DNA from: Methanococcus maripaludis
GTDB lineage: Archaea > AGJL01 > Methanococci > Methanococcales > Methanococcaceae
Direction of reading: 5' to 3'
DNA length: 32,000 bases
NCBI RefSeq assembly: GCF_002945325.1
Contig: NZ_CP026606.1
Location: forward strand, 1,020,001-1,052,000
Part shown: one piece after another, positions 1 to 13,603 of the stretch
Position numbering within the stretch: position 1 is the stretch's first letter
Layout: every line of letters starts with the position of its first letter
The notes under the pieces: generated by a model
What the model was told of the DNA's origin: nothing
The model's input: only the letters and a program-made list of their open reading frames with translations
The model's database searches: none
Translations under genes and position numbers: made by a program

Positions 1-393
<393 letters not shown>

Positions 394-449
394 TGGCATC
401 TGGACACTTAAAGATACGGGGGCAATAGATGCACTTTTAATTTAAACTT

Positions 450-569
450 TGATATAACGGTCATAGCGGAGGAGTTACATCCGATCCCATCCCGATCTCG
501 GAAATTAAGCCCTCCTGCGATTCATTAAGTACTGCCATCTGGTGGGAACAATGTGACGCTGTTAGTCAC
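450..569 (+). rRNA. rrf: 5S rRNA (copy 1)
   Basis: About 120 nt. The 5' TGATATAACGGTCA pairs with the 3' TGACGCTGTTAGTCA as helix I. It lies about 55 nt after the 23S end and is followed by a T-run. Boundaries are +/- 3 nt. Confidence 0.85.
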
Positions 570-580
570 TTTTTATTTTA
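570..580 (+). terminator. oligo-T tract after 5S rRNA (archaeal-type terminator candidate)
   Basis: TTTTTATTTTA follows directly after the 5S 3' end. The same tract follows copy 2. Confidence 0.45.
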
Positions 581-647
581 GGCATATTAATTTGTATATT
601 TAGATTAAAGGATATTTTATTGGATTTCCCTTTTTAAATTAATTTTT

Positions 648-655
648 TTTATATA
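648..655 (+). promoter_or_regulatory. candidate archaeal TATA box (TTTATATA) for the downstream rRNA operon
   Basis: TTTATATA sits in the 287-bp inter-operon spacer, about 200 nt upstream of the 16S 5' end and upstream of the 16S processing stem. No TSS evidence is available. Confidence 0.4.
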
Positions 656-856
656 CTATCGTTTCAAACCTAAAAACATTACACTATCCATATCACTTGC
701 ATATTATGCAATTGAAGTGAACATCTGATTGAAATACTCAGGTGCGATGTAAGCCTACAATCTAGGTGAAACCTAGATAGCAACCAAATGTCATTTCCTT
801 TAATGTAAAATGACGTACTCCACGAGAGGGTGGCGTAAAATTCTTTTACGCTACTA

Positions 857-2327
<1,471 letters not shown>

Positions 2328-2470
2328 AAAGAACAATGGTTGCTACTAGGCACTAAAAGATTGTAGGCTATTAGTTGCTCAGTCCACAATACCGAGTATT
2401 ATGGACCGAGGACCGGATTTTTAGTGAAGGTCGTGCATAAGCCTCCGTATCTGGTGTTATCCAGATGCCT

Positions 2471-5660
<3,190 letters not shown>

Positions 5661-5681
5661 AACTATCAAAAAAATTTAAAA

Positions 5682-6500
5682 TTAAAATCTTACAGGAATA
5701 TTATTTTTTTCAACTTCTTTTTTTAAGTCATTAACAGTACATTCTCTATAGTGTAAAATGCTTGCCATTAATGCAGCATCAGCTTTTCCTTCAGTAAATG
5801 CATCGACAACGTGGTTTGCATTTCCACAACCTCCGCTTGCAATTATTGGAAGTTTTGTATTTTCAGAAATTGCTTTCGTCAATACTAAATCGTACCCATC
5901 TTTTGTACCATCTGCATCCATACTAGTTAAAAGAATTTCTCCAGCACCTAAATATTCAACCTTTTTAGCCCATTCTATTGCATCAATACCCGTTCCTTCT
6001 CTTCCACCATAGATATAGACTTCAAACCAGCAGGACCCAAGTTTTGTTTCAAAGATGTTCTTATCCTTCAAATTTGCATCCTGAGAATCTGTTATATACT
6101 TTCTTTTTACATCCATTGCAACAACAACACACTGCGTCCCAAAAATTTCAGAAGCTTCTTTTATCAATTCTGGAGTTTTTACTGCTGATGTATTTATTGA
6201 AATTTTATCAGCGCCAGCTCTCAATATTTTTCTAAAGTCATCAACTGTTTTTATGCCTCCACCAACAGTTAATGGAATGAATACTTGTTCAGCAGTTCTT
6301 TTTACAACGTCAATAATAATGTCTCTTTTTTCAAAAGATGCGGTAATATCCAAAAATACAAGTTCGTCAGCACCCTGCTCGTTGTAAATTTTAGATAGCT
6401 CAACCGGATCTCCTGCATCTCTTAACTCTACAAAATTTGTTCCCTTAACAACTCTACCTTCTTTGATATCAAGGCAGGGAATGATTCTTTTAGTAAGCAT
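5682..6500 (-). CDS. hisF: imidazole glycerol phosphate synthase cyclase subunit HisF
   Basis: [20 protein letters not shown]...[11 protein letters not shown]...GGGI is a classic HisF TIM-barrel sequence. I chose the ATG at 6500 because it has GGTGA 4 nt upstream. The ORF-track start at 6554 would overlap the upstream gene. Confidence 0.92.
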   Translation of the reverse strand: MLTKRIIPCLDIKEGRVVKGTNFVELRDAGDPVELSKIYNEQGADELVFLDITASFEKRDIIIDVVKRTAEQVFIPLTVGGGIKTVDDFRKILRAGADKISINTSAVKTPELIKEASEIFGTQCVVVAMDVKRKYITDSQDANLKDKNIFETKLGSCWFEVYIYGGREGTGIDAIEWAKKVEYLGAGEILLTSMDADGTKDGYDLVLTKAISENTKLPIIASGGCGNANHVVDAFTEGKADAALMASILHYRECTVNDLKKEVEKNNIPVRF

Positions 6501-6531
6501 AAATTCACCAAAAAAGTAATAAATTGATTTT

Positions 6532-7320
6532 TTAAAATTCGTCTTCTTCAACATCCTGTCTTTTAGATGTCATATCTTTTAATTCTTTTGCTACTTTTAA
6601 AGCCCTAACTGCGGCAAGGTCTTTTTTGATGTAGACTTCAGCAAGATCTTCTGCTAAATAACTTAATTCCTTACTGAATTTTGATTTCATCTGAACTGCA
6701 GGAACGTTTTCCATCCACTGGTTTTCCACTTTTTTATCGTATGGCAATATTGCAATAATGTCATCAAGTGCTTCGTCGAAATCAACAGTATCTTTGAATT
6801 TGTTTACAATAACACCAATACAATCGATATCTATTGCGTAAAGAAGCTCTTTTGTTTTCATGGTATTTGCAATTCCAGGGATACTGTCTTCTGCAACAAC
6901 AATCATCTTATTTACTACTTTTTCTTCTAAATTCAAAGAAGAAAATAAAAGATTTCCTTCAGTAATGTTTGGAGGAAGGTCTAATAACACGATATCATAG
7001 TTATCATTTAAAACCCTGATTAATTCGAGCATTCTTTTTTGATTAATTTCTGTATTGAATGAATTGGGTGTTGAATCTGCAACAATCACAGAAAGATCGT
7101 CAAACTGATGTATTATATCTGTTAAAGCGCTTGCTCCAGAAAGGTAAGAATTTAACGTATGGGGGCTATCTTCAAATCCAAATAACAGGGCCCCACAACC
7201 AGCGTAAATATCGCAATCCACGTAAACAGTTTTGGTTTTATCACTCAGGTAATACCCAATATTTGCAGCAATGGTCGTTTTTCCAGTTCCGCCTTGTATG
7301 TTGTAAAATCCCAATCTCAT
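6532..7320 (-). CDS. MinD/ParA-superfamily P-loop ATPase with atypical Walker A (QGGTGKTT)
   Basis: N-terminal [19 protein letters not shown] is a deviant Walker A. VDCD and VLLDLPP are switch/Walker B-like motifs. 262 aa. It lies 11 nt downstream of the secreted-protein gene and 31 nt upstream of hisF. Confidence 0.75.
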   Translation of the reverse strand: MRLGFYNIQGGTGKTTIAANIGYYLSDKTKTVYVDCDIYAGCGALLFGFEDSPHTLNSYLSGASALTDIIHQFDDLSVIVADSTPNSFNTEINQKRMLELIRVLNDNYDIVLLDLPPNITEGNLLFSSLNLEEKVVNKMIVVAEDSIPGIANTMKTKELLYAIDIDCIGVIVNKFKDTVDFDEALDDIIAILPYDKKVENQWMENVPAVQMKSKFSKELSYLAEDLAEVYIKKDLAAVRALKVAKELKDMTSKRQDVEEDEF

Positions 7321-7331
7321 ACTACCACTTC

Positions 7332-9128
7332 CTAGTTACTAAGTGAAATTGTATCTGGTGCTTTTGCTATAATCAACTTTCCAGTTGCATCGTATAACTC
7401 GGTTGAGGTACCTGTTACACGAGTTATATTTTCTTTATAAATCGTTATTTTTGCGTTTTCGTCTGCATTTACGTATACAGTATCATTTTTAATATATATT
7501 CTGCTGGTTTTATAGTTTTCAGCCCATTTTGCGTATTCTTCAAATGAACAAATCCAAGTATTATTGTCATTCAAATCATATAGTGTATTAGTACTGTATT
7601 CATAAACGTCTGCAACGTAAATTCCGTATTCTTCATTTTGTGGTTCGATGTAGATTTCATCAATAAAATGCATTCCATTTATTTCGTTGTTATTTAATCC
7701 AGGAATTTTAATAACCGCAATTCCGTCGATCTTATCGTATCCGATATAATCAGGAATAACCACGTAGTCGATTCCTTCAAGGTTCAATTTCCAAGTAATA
7801 TTCTTATTGTATTTATTGAATACCGCATCCAATAAATCGTCATCACTCGAGAATAATAAAAGGCCGTTTGCACCACCAGTCATTGCATAAGCGTAATTTT
7901 TAACGTACCAATGTTCAAAGTATTCGTATCTATCGTTAAAGTCTATTTCTTCGCTCATACTTGCAAAATCGCCACTGACTGACCAGTAATCGCGGGTAAC
8001 TGTTTCATCGTCGTTCCAGTAGTCTTCACCATCGTAGTGGTAATAACTGTTTTCAGAACCTGCACCTTCATTCCAGTATCCGAGGCTTTCAGAACCCGTA
8101 TATGAAATTGTATCTGGATAGTATCCTCCGGTTGGGTCATCTTGGAATGTTTCGGGAGCTTTATCCATATATATTAATGGATAATAACTCATTGCAAGTA
8201 AATCTTGAGTATTTGGGTAATTTTCGTAATTATTATATTTTATGTGGGAATAATAATCAGAATAGTGTTTTTTAAACCAATAGCTGTTTAAAAGGCTTTC
8301 TTTTTCATCGTCCGTTATGGAACTGTCTTTTATTATATCAATATTTTCAGAACCTGTTGTAATATAGGTGGTTCCAATTCCAAGAATTTCAGAAGCAGCC
8401 TTAACACCTGCTAGCTTTCTATTAATTGTATCTTCATCCCGCACTTCAACGGTTATTTTTCGATCTGCAACAGAAATTGAACTTTCCCCGTTATCATCAG
8501 GAATAATATTTTGTACAACAATTCCATTAATCACAACAGAATCGTAATTTGAAGGAACTTTATTGATATATGCAAAAGTTTCACCCTGAAGTGCCACATA
8601 TTTTCCAATAAAATCAACAATGTCCTGATTTTCAAGGTCGATATTGTATGGAATAAATAATTTTCCAGGTTTAATTTCGTAGTATCCATCATCAATGATT
8701 TTTGAACTGATTGATGCTTCATATACTATTGTTGTATCTTTTTCAGCCGCATCGTTTGAATTAATGTAAAGGTATGCACCATTTTCGTCTCTGTAAACAT
8801 AACTTGCAGGAATAACTTCCGAATTTGAATTTACAAACGTAGAATTTCCAAAATCTGGAATACTACTAACGATATTTTTTGACTTAACAAGCCCCAGGTA
8901 TTCTAAAAATGCCTCTGTTTTTGGAGTCATTGCAAAATCGTTTCCGGTATATATTACCACAATATTATCCGAATTCAAATAGTAATCAAGCTTTTCTGTA
9001 TCTTGTATGTTTGAAATATCAACATAAGTAATTGGTACTGTCGAAGTCCACTTGTAAGGTATTGCGTTTACGACCCCCAATAACATAAATGACACAATAA
9101 TCAAGCCAAAAAATTTCAGCTTCATCAA
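7332..9128 (-). CDS. secreted protein of unknown function (598 aa, acidic, Tyr/Asn/Asp-rich)
   Basis: Sec-type signal peptide MMKLKFFGLIIVSFMLLGVVNA|IPY. GGTGA lies upstream of the ATG. Contains several N-x-S/T sequons. I recognise no family motif. Confidence 0.7.
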   Translation of the reverse strand: MMKLKFFGLIIVSFMLLGVVNAIPYKWTSTVPITYVDISNIQDTEKLDYYLNSDNIVVIYTGNDFAMTPKTEAFLEYLGLVKSKNIVSSIPDFGNSTFVNSNSEVIPASYVYRDENGAYLYINSNDAAEKDTTIVYEASISSKIIDDGYYEIKPGKLFIPYNIDLENQDIVDFIGKYVALQGETFAYINKVPSNYDSVVINGIVVQNIIPDDNGESSISVADRKITVEVRDEDTINRKLAGVKAASEILGIGTTYITTGSENIDIIKDSSITDDEKESLLNSYWFKKHYSDYYSHIKYNNYENYPNTQDLLAMSYYPLIYMDKAPETFQDDPTGGYYPDTISYTGSESLGYWNEGAGSENSYYHYDGEDYWNDDETVTRDYWSVSGDFASMSEEIDFNDRYEYFEHWYVKNYAYAMTGGANGLLLFSSDDDLLDAVFNKYNKNITWKLNLEGIDYVVIPDYIGYDKIDGIAVIKIPGLNNNEINGMHFIDEIYIEPQNEEYGIYVADVYEYSTNTLYDLNDNNTWICSFEEYAKWAENYKTSRIYIKNDTVYVNADENAKITIYKENITRVTGTSTELYDATGKLIIAKAPDTISLSN

Positions 9129-9319
9129 ATCACCGCAGTATTGTTAATAACAATTACGTATTATGTTTCCCGTTATTAATATAATTTCACTACTCGAACC
9201 TACATAAACAAGTACACAAAAATTATTTTAAAACCCATTTACTAATTTTATCTAAAAATAATAGCTCCCTATACAAATTACTAATAAAAACCGAATAATT
9301 TATTCTTTTTAGGGGTATT

Positions 9320-11974
9320 ATGCAAAAAAAACTAATTTTTGTCCTGATTTTATTATTTACTGTTTCTGTAAATTATGCAGAAGATGATGAAGGAATTTCA
9401 ATTTACAAAATATGGAGTGTCGGGGACAATCCTGACTCTTCTGAAATATACATAGACCCGAGTACGCCTGTAATCTATGTGGGATTAGTAAATAATGATC
9501 CTTACCAAAGAAACGTAAGGGTAACGGCAAGCTATGAAGAAAACGATTTTGAATCAGCAATACTGCCACTTTCACCAAACACCCACTATGAAAAAATCGT
9601 TGAAATCAGGCTTGAATTTGACGAAGTCGGTGAACATGACGTGGATATTAGCTTAATCGATGAAAATGGAAAAGAAGTCGATTCTGAACAAATAACTGTA
9701 AACGTGGTAAGTCCAATAGATGTAAAAAACGTAACCTGTCAGGATAGTTATGTTTCCGATTCAAACAAAAATCTTGAAGTTGTAAACAGCAACTGGTTTA
9801 CTGTAACTCTTGAAAGTAATTATCGAGCGCAGACTGACTACGAAGTTAAAACTTGGATAAGTGTAGTTTCTACAGATTATGATGGCGACACAAACGAAGA
9901 TATTGAAAATGAAGATATCTACTACAATGGAAAAGATGATTTAAAAGTAGTTTATGTGTCCTACCGCTCAGAAAAAGAAGTCTCTTTTAATATTCCAGAA
10001 ATAACTGCGGATAACGATGAATTTAAAATACAGGTTCACACCGAAATCATGGGTCTTCACGATTATACAAATGATCTAGAAGAAACTGAAATGGTAAAAG
10101 ACACTGGAATTATTTCTTACAATTACAAAAAAACTGCCAAAACATACCAATTCCCGATTCATGTGGCAAGTTATTCGCTATTTAACAATATTAATGGAAG
10201 CAATTCTGAAATGGTAAATGATTACTACCAATCTTCAAAAATTTACGATAAAACTATTGAAAACGCTTTAAATGCTAAATTTGAAAGCAAAAACGTTCTT
10301 CCAAGGGCCTATGTTGAAGATGATCCATATCTCTCATTTTTAAAAGTTAATCTTGAAAATAGGTATGACGATGATCAAACTGCTACTGTAATAATTGAAA
10401 GCTCCAGTGGATGCCTATCCAAAAAAACAATCAAAATAGATGAAAATGATGTAGATACATTATATATTCCATTTATTTCAAGATTGGTCGATGACGGGGA
10501 ATTTAACATAATTGTGTATTCAAATAAATATTACCTCTATAATTCTGAAGAAGATGTAGATATTGATCCAGAAATTGTTTCCCCAGTTCAGATTTACAAT
10601 ATTTCTTACCCGGTAGACAGCTCGGCAGCTTTAGCGTCAAGTAATTCGGGATGCGTTTTTGTTGGAAAAAACTATACAATGAATGTAACTTTGAAAAATA
10701 ATTATAACCGGACTTTAACTGGAAAACTTTATGTTGGGGATCACTACGACGAAGATAATAGTTATGAAAGCGGAGTTTTTGAAACAACGGAACCAATAAC
10801 TTTCAAACTTTCACCAAAAGAAAAAAATACGTATTCAATAGATTTAAAATTCAACCGGGAAGTAAATGGATTGATCGAAGTAGTTGTTGACACAAATGGA
10901 GCTGCAGTTGACGAAGATGATGATATTGCAGGATACAGTACAATGGTTCATTTTGATGCGTACAATATCTTGGATATAAGAAAAGTATGGTATAACAACA
11001 CAATTCTTCCAAAAATTGCGACAATAAATGAAAACGGCGGTTTATTCTTAAACTATCCTCTTGCAGGTTTTAATAATTCATGCGCGGTTTCATTCGAAAG
11101 TATGGTTTCAGATGATATAACTTACAAAATGTGGGTCGAAGTTTACGATTCAAATGGAAATTTAAAAGCAACTTCTGATAAAAAGAATGTTTTGGTAAAA
11201 GCAAAAAGTACAAGCGGTAACTTAAAAACTGCAGATTTTGATATATTCTTTGAAGAAGGATTTATTGGATATACTCTCTTTCATGCAGTTCCATTAAATG
11301 ACTTTGAAGATGTAGATATATTTTATACGGAAGGTTCTGGAACAGTTTCAAAGGATATAAATCCTTTAACACCTGTTGGAAGGTATTCAAGTATAGATCT
11401 ATTAAGTTCAATACCAACGAGTACTAACAAAGTTACCGAAGTTGTAGCGCCAATAAAAATAGATGATATGGTATACACTGAAAATAACTTAAATGTGGTT
11501 ATTTCTTCAGGCCTTTCAAGTATCTATCCTGTTAATCTAACGTATTTTTACAGAATTACTATTTCAAACGATAATAAAATTATATATAAAAGTCCAATAT
11601 ATAAGGACATAATTCATTCTACAGAATCAAAACCTCTTAAAATTAAGCTGGGTGATGTTGATGGGGAAACCTACGATATAGTCTTTGAAGTTGAAATTCC
11701 CGATTTTGCAATGGAATCTGGAACATATCATTCAATGATACTTAAAAAATATTTAACCATAGCCAATAATCAAGAAATTATTACACAAGAAGAAAATAGT
11801 GAACCTGAAACTTACGTGGAACCAAAAACCGAGGTAGAAAATACTGGGGAAAATTCAGATTTAGAAAATCAATCCGCTACTGAAGAAGAAAATAGGGGCA
11901 TTATTGGAAATATTTTGGATACGGTAAGTTCCATCGCGTCTAATATTCCCATTATAAGAAACTTTGTATATTAA
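9320..11974 (+). CDS. large secreted/cell-surface protein of unknown function (884 aa) with repeated beta-sandwich-like modules, an acidic linker and a hydrophobic C-terminal tail
   Basis: Signal peptide MQKKLIFVLILLFTVSVNYA|EDD. About six segments of 110-130 aa have alternating-hydrophobic beta-strand patterns (e.g. FTVTLESNY, LKVNLENRY, MNVTLKNNY). A Glu/Asn-rich linker is followed by GIIGNILDTVSSIASNIPIIRNFVY. Confidence 0.7.
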   Translation: MQKKLIFVLILLFTVSVNYAEDDEGISIYKIWSVGDNPDSSEIYIDPSTPVIYVGLVNNDPYQRNVRVTASYEENDFESAILPLSPNTHYEKIVEIRLEFDEVGEHDVDISLIDENGKEVDSEQITVNVVSPIDVKNVTCQDSYVSDSNKNLEVVNSNWFTVTLESNYRAQTDYEVKTWISVVSTDYDGDTNEDIENEDIYYNGKDDLKVVYVSYRSEKEVSFNIPEITADNDEFKIQVHTEIMGLHDYTNDLEETEMVKDTGIISYNYKKTAKTYQFPIHVASYSLFNNINGSNSEMVNDYYQSSKIYDKTIENALNAKFESKNVLPRAYVEDDPYLSFLKVNLENRYDDDQTATVIIESSSGCLSKKTIKIDENDVDTLYIPFISRLVDDGEFNIIVYSNKYYLYNSEEDVDIDPEIVSPVQIYNISYPVDSSAALASSNSGCVFVGKNYTMNVTLKNNYNRTLTGKLYVGDHYDEDNSYESGVFETTEPITFKLSPKEKNTYSIDLKFNREVNGLIEVVVDTNGAAVDEDDDIAGYSTMVHFDAYNILDIRKVWYNNTILPKIATINENGGLFLNYPLAGFNNSCAVSFESMVSDDITYKMWVEVYDSNGNLKATSDKKNVLVKAKSTSGNLKTADFDIFFEEGFIGYTLFHAVPLNDFEDVDIFYTEGSGTVSKDINPLTPVGRYSSIDLLSSIPTSTNKVTEVVAPIKIDDMVYTENNLNVVISSGLSSIYPVNLTYFYRITISNDNKIIYKSPIYKDIIHSTESKPLKIKLGDVDGETYDIVFEVEIPDFAMESGTYHSMILKKYLTIANNQEIITQEENSEPETYVEPKTEVENTGENSDLENQSATEEENRGIIGNILDTVSSIASNIPIIRNFVY

Positions 11975-12121
11975 AAAAATTAATACTGGGTATAAAGATT
12001 ATATTGGCTAATAGTATTAATATAATCAACGTTATCAATTAGGGTATTGTTCCTATAATCCCCATATGGCGAATAATATTGGTAAACGTTATGTAATTTT
12101 AATTAATTTTTAACTTTCGAG

Positions 12122-12463
12122 GTGTCTTTTTTGGGATCAGAAGACATGATATTTATAAATCCAACGATAATTAGGTCTCTGAACAAGAGCAAACTAAGAA
12201 AAAAAATTGTTTATTTCTTATATGATATACACCCTCACGGAACTTACCTTTCAGAACTTTCTCGTAGAGTAAAATCTGACCCTAGCAACGTTTTAGGATG
12301 TTTGAAAGGGATGGGAAATCGATATAATGGTAGTTCATCATTGATTGAACTTGGATTAGTCAACTGCGACGGGAAAGAAGGCATGAAGATATATCAAATG
12401 ACAACTTATGGGAAGACCGTAGTAGAATATCTTAAAGACTACGATTCTGCCGATAACTGGTGA
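12122..12463 (+). CDS. small winged-helix-turn-helix DNA-binding protein (possible EarA-type archaellum regulator homolog)
   Basis: KIVYFLYDIHPHGTYLSELSRRVKSDPSNVLGCLKGM...LIELGLV is an ArsR/MarR-like wHTH pattern. The listed start is GTG at 12122, and ATG at 12146 is an alternative. The EarA assignment rests only on my recollection of M. maripaludis gene order. Confidence 0.6.
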   Translation: MSFLGSEDMIFINPTIIRSLNKSKLRKKIVYFLYDIHPHGTYLSELSRRVKSDPSNVLGCLKGMGNRYNGSSSLIELGLVNCDGKEGMKIYQMTTYGKTVVEYLKDYDSADNW

Positions 12464-12467
12464 AATC

Positions 12468-13550
12468 ATGGCTTTTAATATAGATGGTTCGGGCAATAAA
12501 TCCGGGGTGAGGTCAAATATGCTTTCTGAGAATAATATTTTAAAATATGGTTCAAACTTTAGCAAAGCTAACGCAAGTAGTCTAAATAATAAAATAAATT
12601 CTTTAAATTACACTGTAGAATATATAAATAATGAATTAATGGGAATATTTTTTAGACAGGGTCTTAAATTTGGAATATTCAAAGCTGTTGAAGATTTCAG
12701 GCCGACGATTTCAGAATTAATAACAATTTTAGGATATCCAAATGAAGAATTCGTGGAAAAATACATAAAAACCGCTGTTAGTTTAAATTTACTCAACTTA
12801 AACGAAGAAGAACGATTGGAATTAAATTCTGATTTTATTTATTCCTCGATACACCCGGAATATGATAAAATTATTTCAGATCACGTTTCAAAGTACGATT
12901 TCATGTCAGGTCTGGTCCAGTATGCATTTATTGGCTATGATCACCCAGAAATTCTCTTAAACTTTAAAAAAGATGCAGATATCTGGGATATGATGTTAAA
13001 TACAAAATACATGAAGATTTGCAGGGAAGTGATTTCTGAATACTTGGATATAAAAAATGGAGACACTATTCTTGAAGTTGGTTGCGGTTCACGTTCCCCT
13101 CTTTATTTTGCATCCAAGGTGGCCCCAAATGGCGAATATGTTGGTGTAGATATTTCAAAAAAACTCATAAGGGTTGCAAAAGGGCGATTGAAGAGAAGTG
13201 GAATCGAATGTGCAAAATTGAAAGCACTGGATTTTTCTGAAACAATTGCAAAAAACAAGCACGATTACGTGTTATGCATCCACACACTAAGTTACGCAGA
13301 TTCTTTGAAATTATTCCTCAAAAAAATGACGGGCTCCTTACGAAAAGGAGGTAAACTCGTGATAATGGAGGAATTTTTTACTGAAAATATAAATACTAAT
13401 GCAGAACTCTTTGAATTTTACAATCACCTAAATAAATACTTTAAAAATTACGTCTCCAAAACAGAAATTTTAAAAGAACTCGAGTTAATTGGAATTGATT
13501 ACAAATATGAATTACTTGGAGATAACTGTATCGTAGTCGAAAGGATTTAA
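12468..13550 (+). CDS. class I SAM-dependent methyltransferase with an N-terminal wHTH/dimerisation-like domain
   Basis: Motif I ILEVGCGSRSP, followed by VGVDIS and GGKLVIME. The N-terminal half resembles the helical dimerisation domain of family-2 O-methyltransferases. The start ATG lies 4 nt after the upstream stop, which is embedded in GGTGA, indicating translational coupling. Confidence 0.75.
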   Translation: MAFNIDGSGNKSGVRSNMLSENNILKYGSNFSKANASSLNNKINSLNYTVEYINNELMGIFFRQGLKFGIFKAVEDFRPTISELITILGYPNEEFVEKYIKTAVSLNLLNLNEEERLELNSDFIYSSIHPEYDKIISDHVSKYDFMSGLVQYAFIGYDHPEILLNFKKDADIWDMMLNTKYMKICREVISEYLDIKNGDTILEVGCGSRSPLYFASKVAPNGEYVGVDISKKLIRVAKGRLKRSGIECAKLKALDFSETIAKNKHDYVLCIHTLSYADSLKLFLKKMTGSLRKGGKLVIMEEFFTENINTNAELFEFYNHLNKYFKNYVSKTEILKELELIGIDYKYELLGDNCIVVERI

Positions 13551-13603
13551 TAATTAAACTGCCTTATTATTTTTCGTTTATTTTTTTAAAAAAAGGTGGT
13601 TAA

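Noticed and set aside
5758-6235. Antisense or alternative-frame ORFs within confirmed genes (e.g. 5758..6012, 5978..6235, 7059..7346, 7955..8140, 8531..8722, 9357..9578, 10503..10796, 12356..12565, 12608..12796, 13672..13977, 16360..16548, 17121..17828 group, 17871..18140, 18284..18493, 19120..19332, 19881..20138, 20361..20570, 21254..21544, 21867..22178, 22858..23223, 23353..23622, 24573..25154 group, 28699..28953, 29181..29438, 30951..31336 group, 31400..31729)
   Set aside because: Each overlaps a longer ORF with clear homology-type motifs on the other strand or frame. They have low-complexity translations and no SD-like sequence.
6501-6554. N-terminal extensions of track ORFs (hisF to 6554, GTPase from 14577, ACT protein to 24382, carS to 27203, hypothetical to 22618, Cys-rich from 21249)
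   Set aside because: In each case an internal ATG is preceded at 4-8 nt by GGTGA/GGTGG/GAGGGA (complementary to the 16S 3' end) and starts at the conserved N-terminus. The longer versions overlap upstream genes or add non-conserved residues.
9201-9206. TACATA hexamer in the divergent spacer between the two secreted-protein genes, as a possible EarA binding site
   Set aside because: My recollection of the EarA consensus is unverified. A single AT-rich 6-mer is expected by chance many times in a window of this composition, so it is not reported as a site.
11979-12021. AT-only inverted repeats (ATTAATACT/AGTATTAAT after the 884-aa gene; AGAATAATATTCT at about 27570; others) as terminators or operators
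   Set aside because: Short perfect palindromes made almost entirely of A/T are expected frequently at about 30% GC, and archaeal termination relies on T-runs rather than hairpins. I noted only those in promoter-proximal positions, inside other findings.
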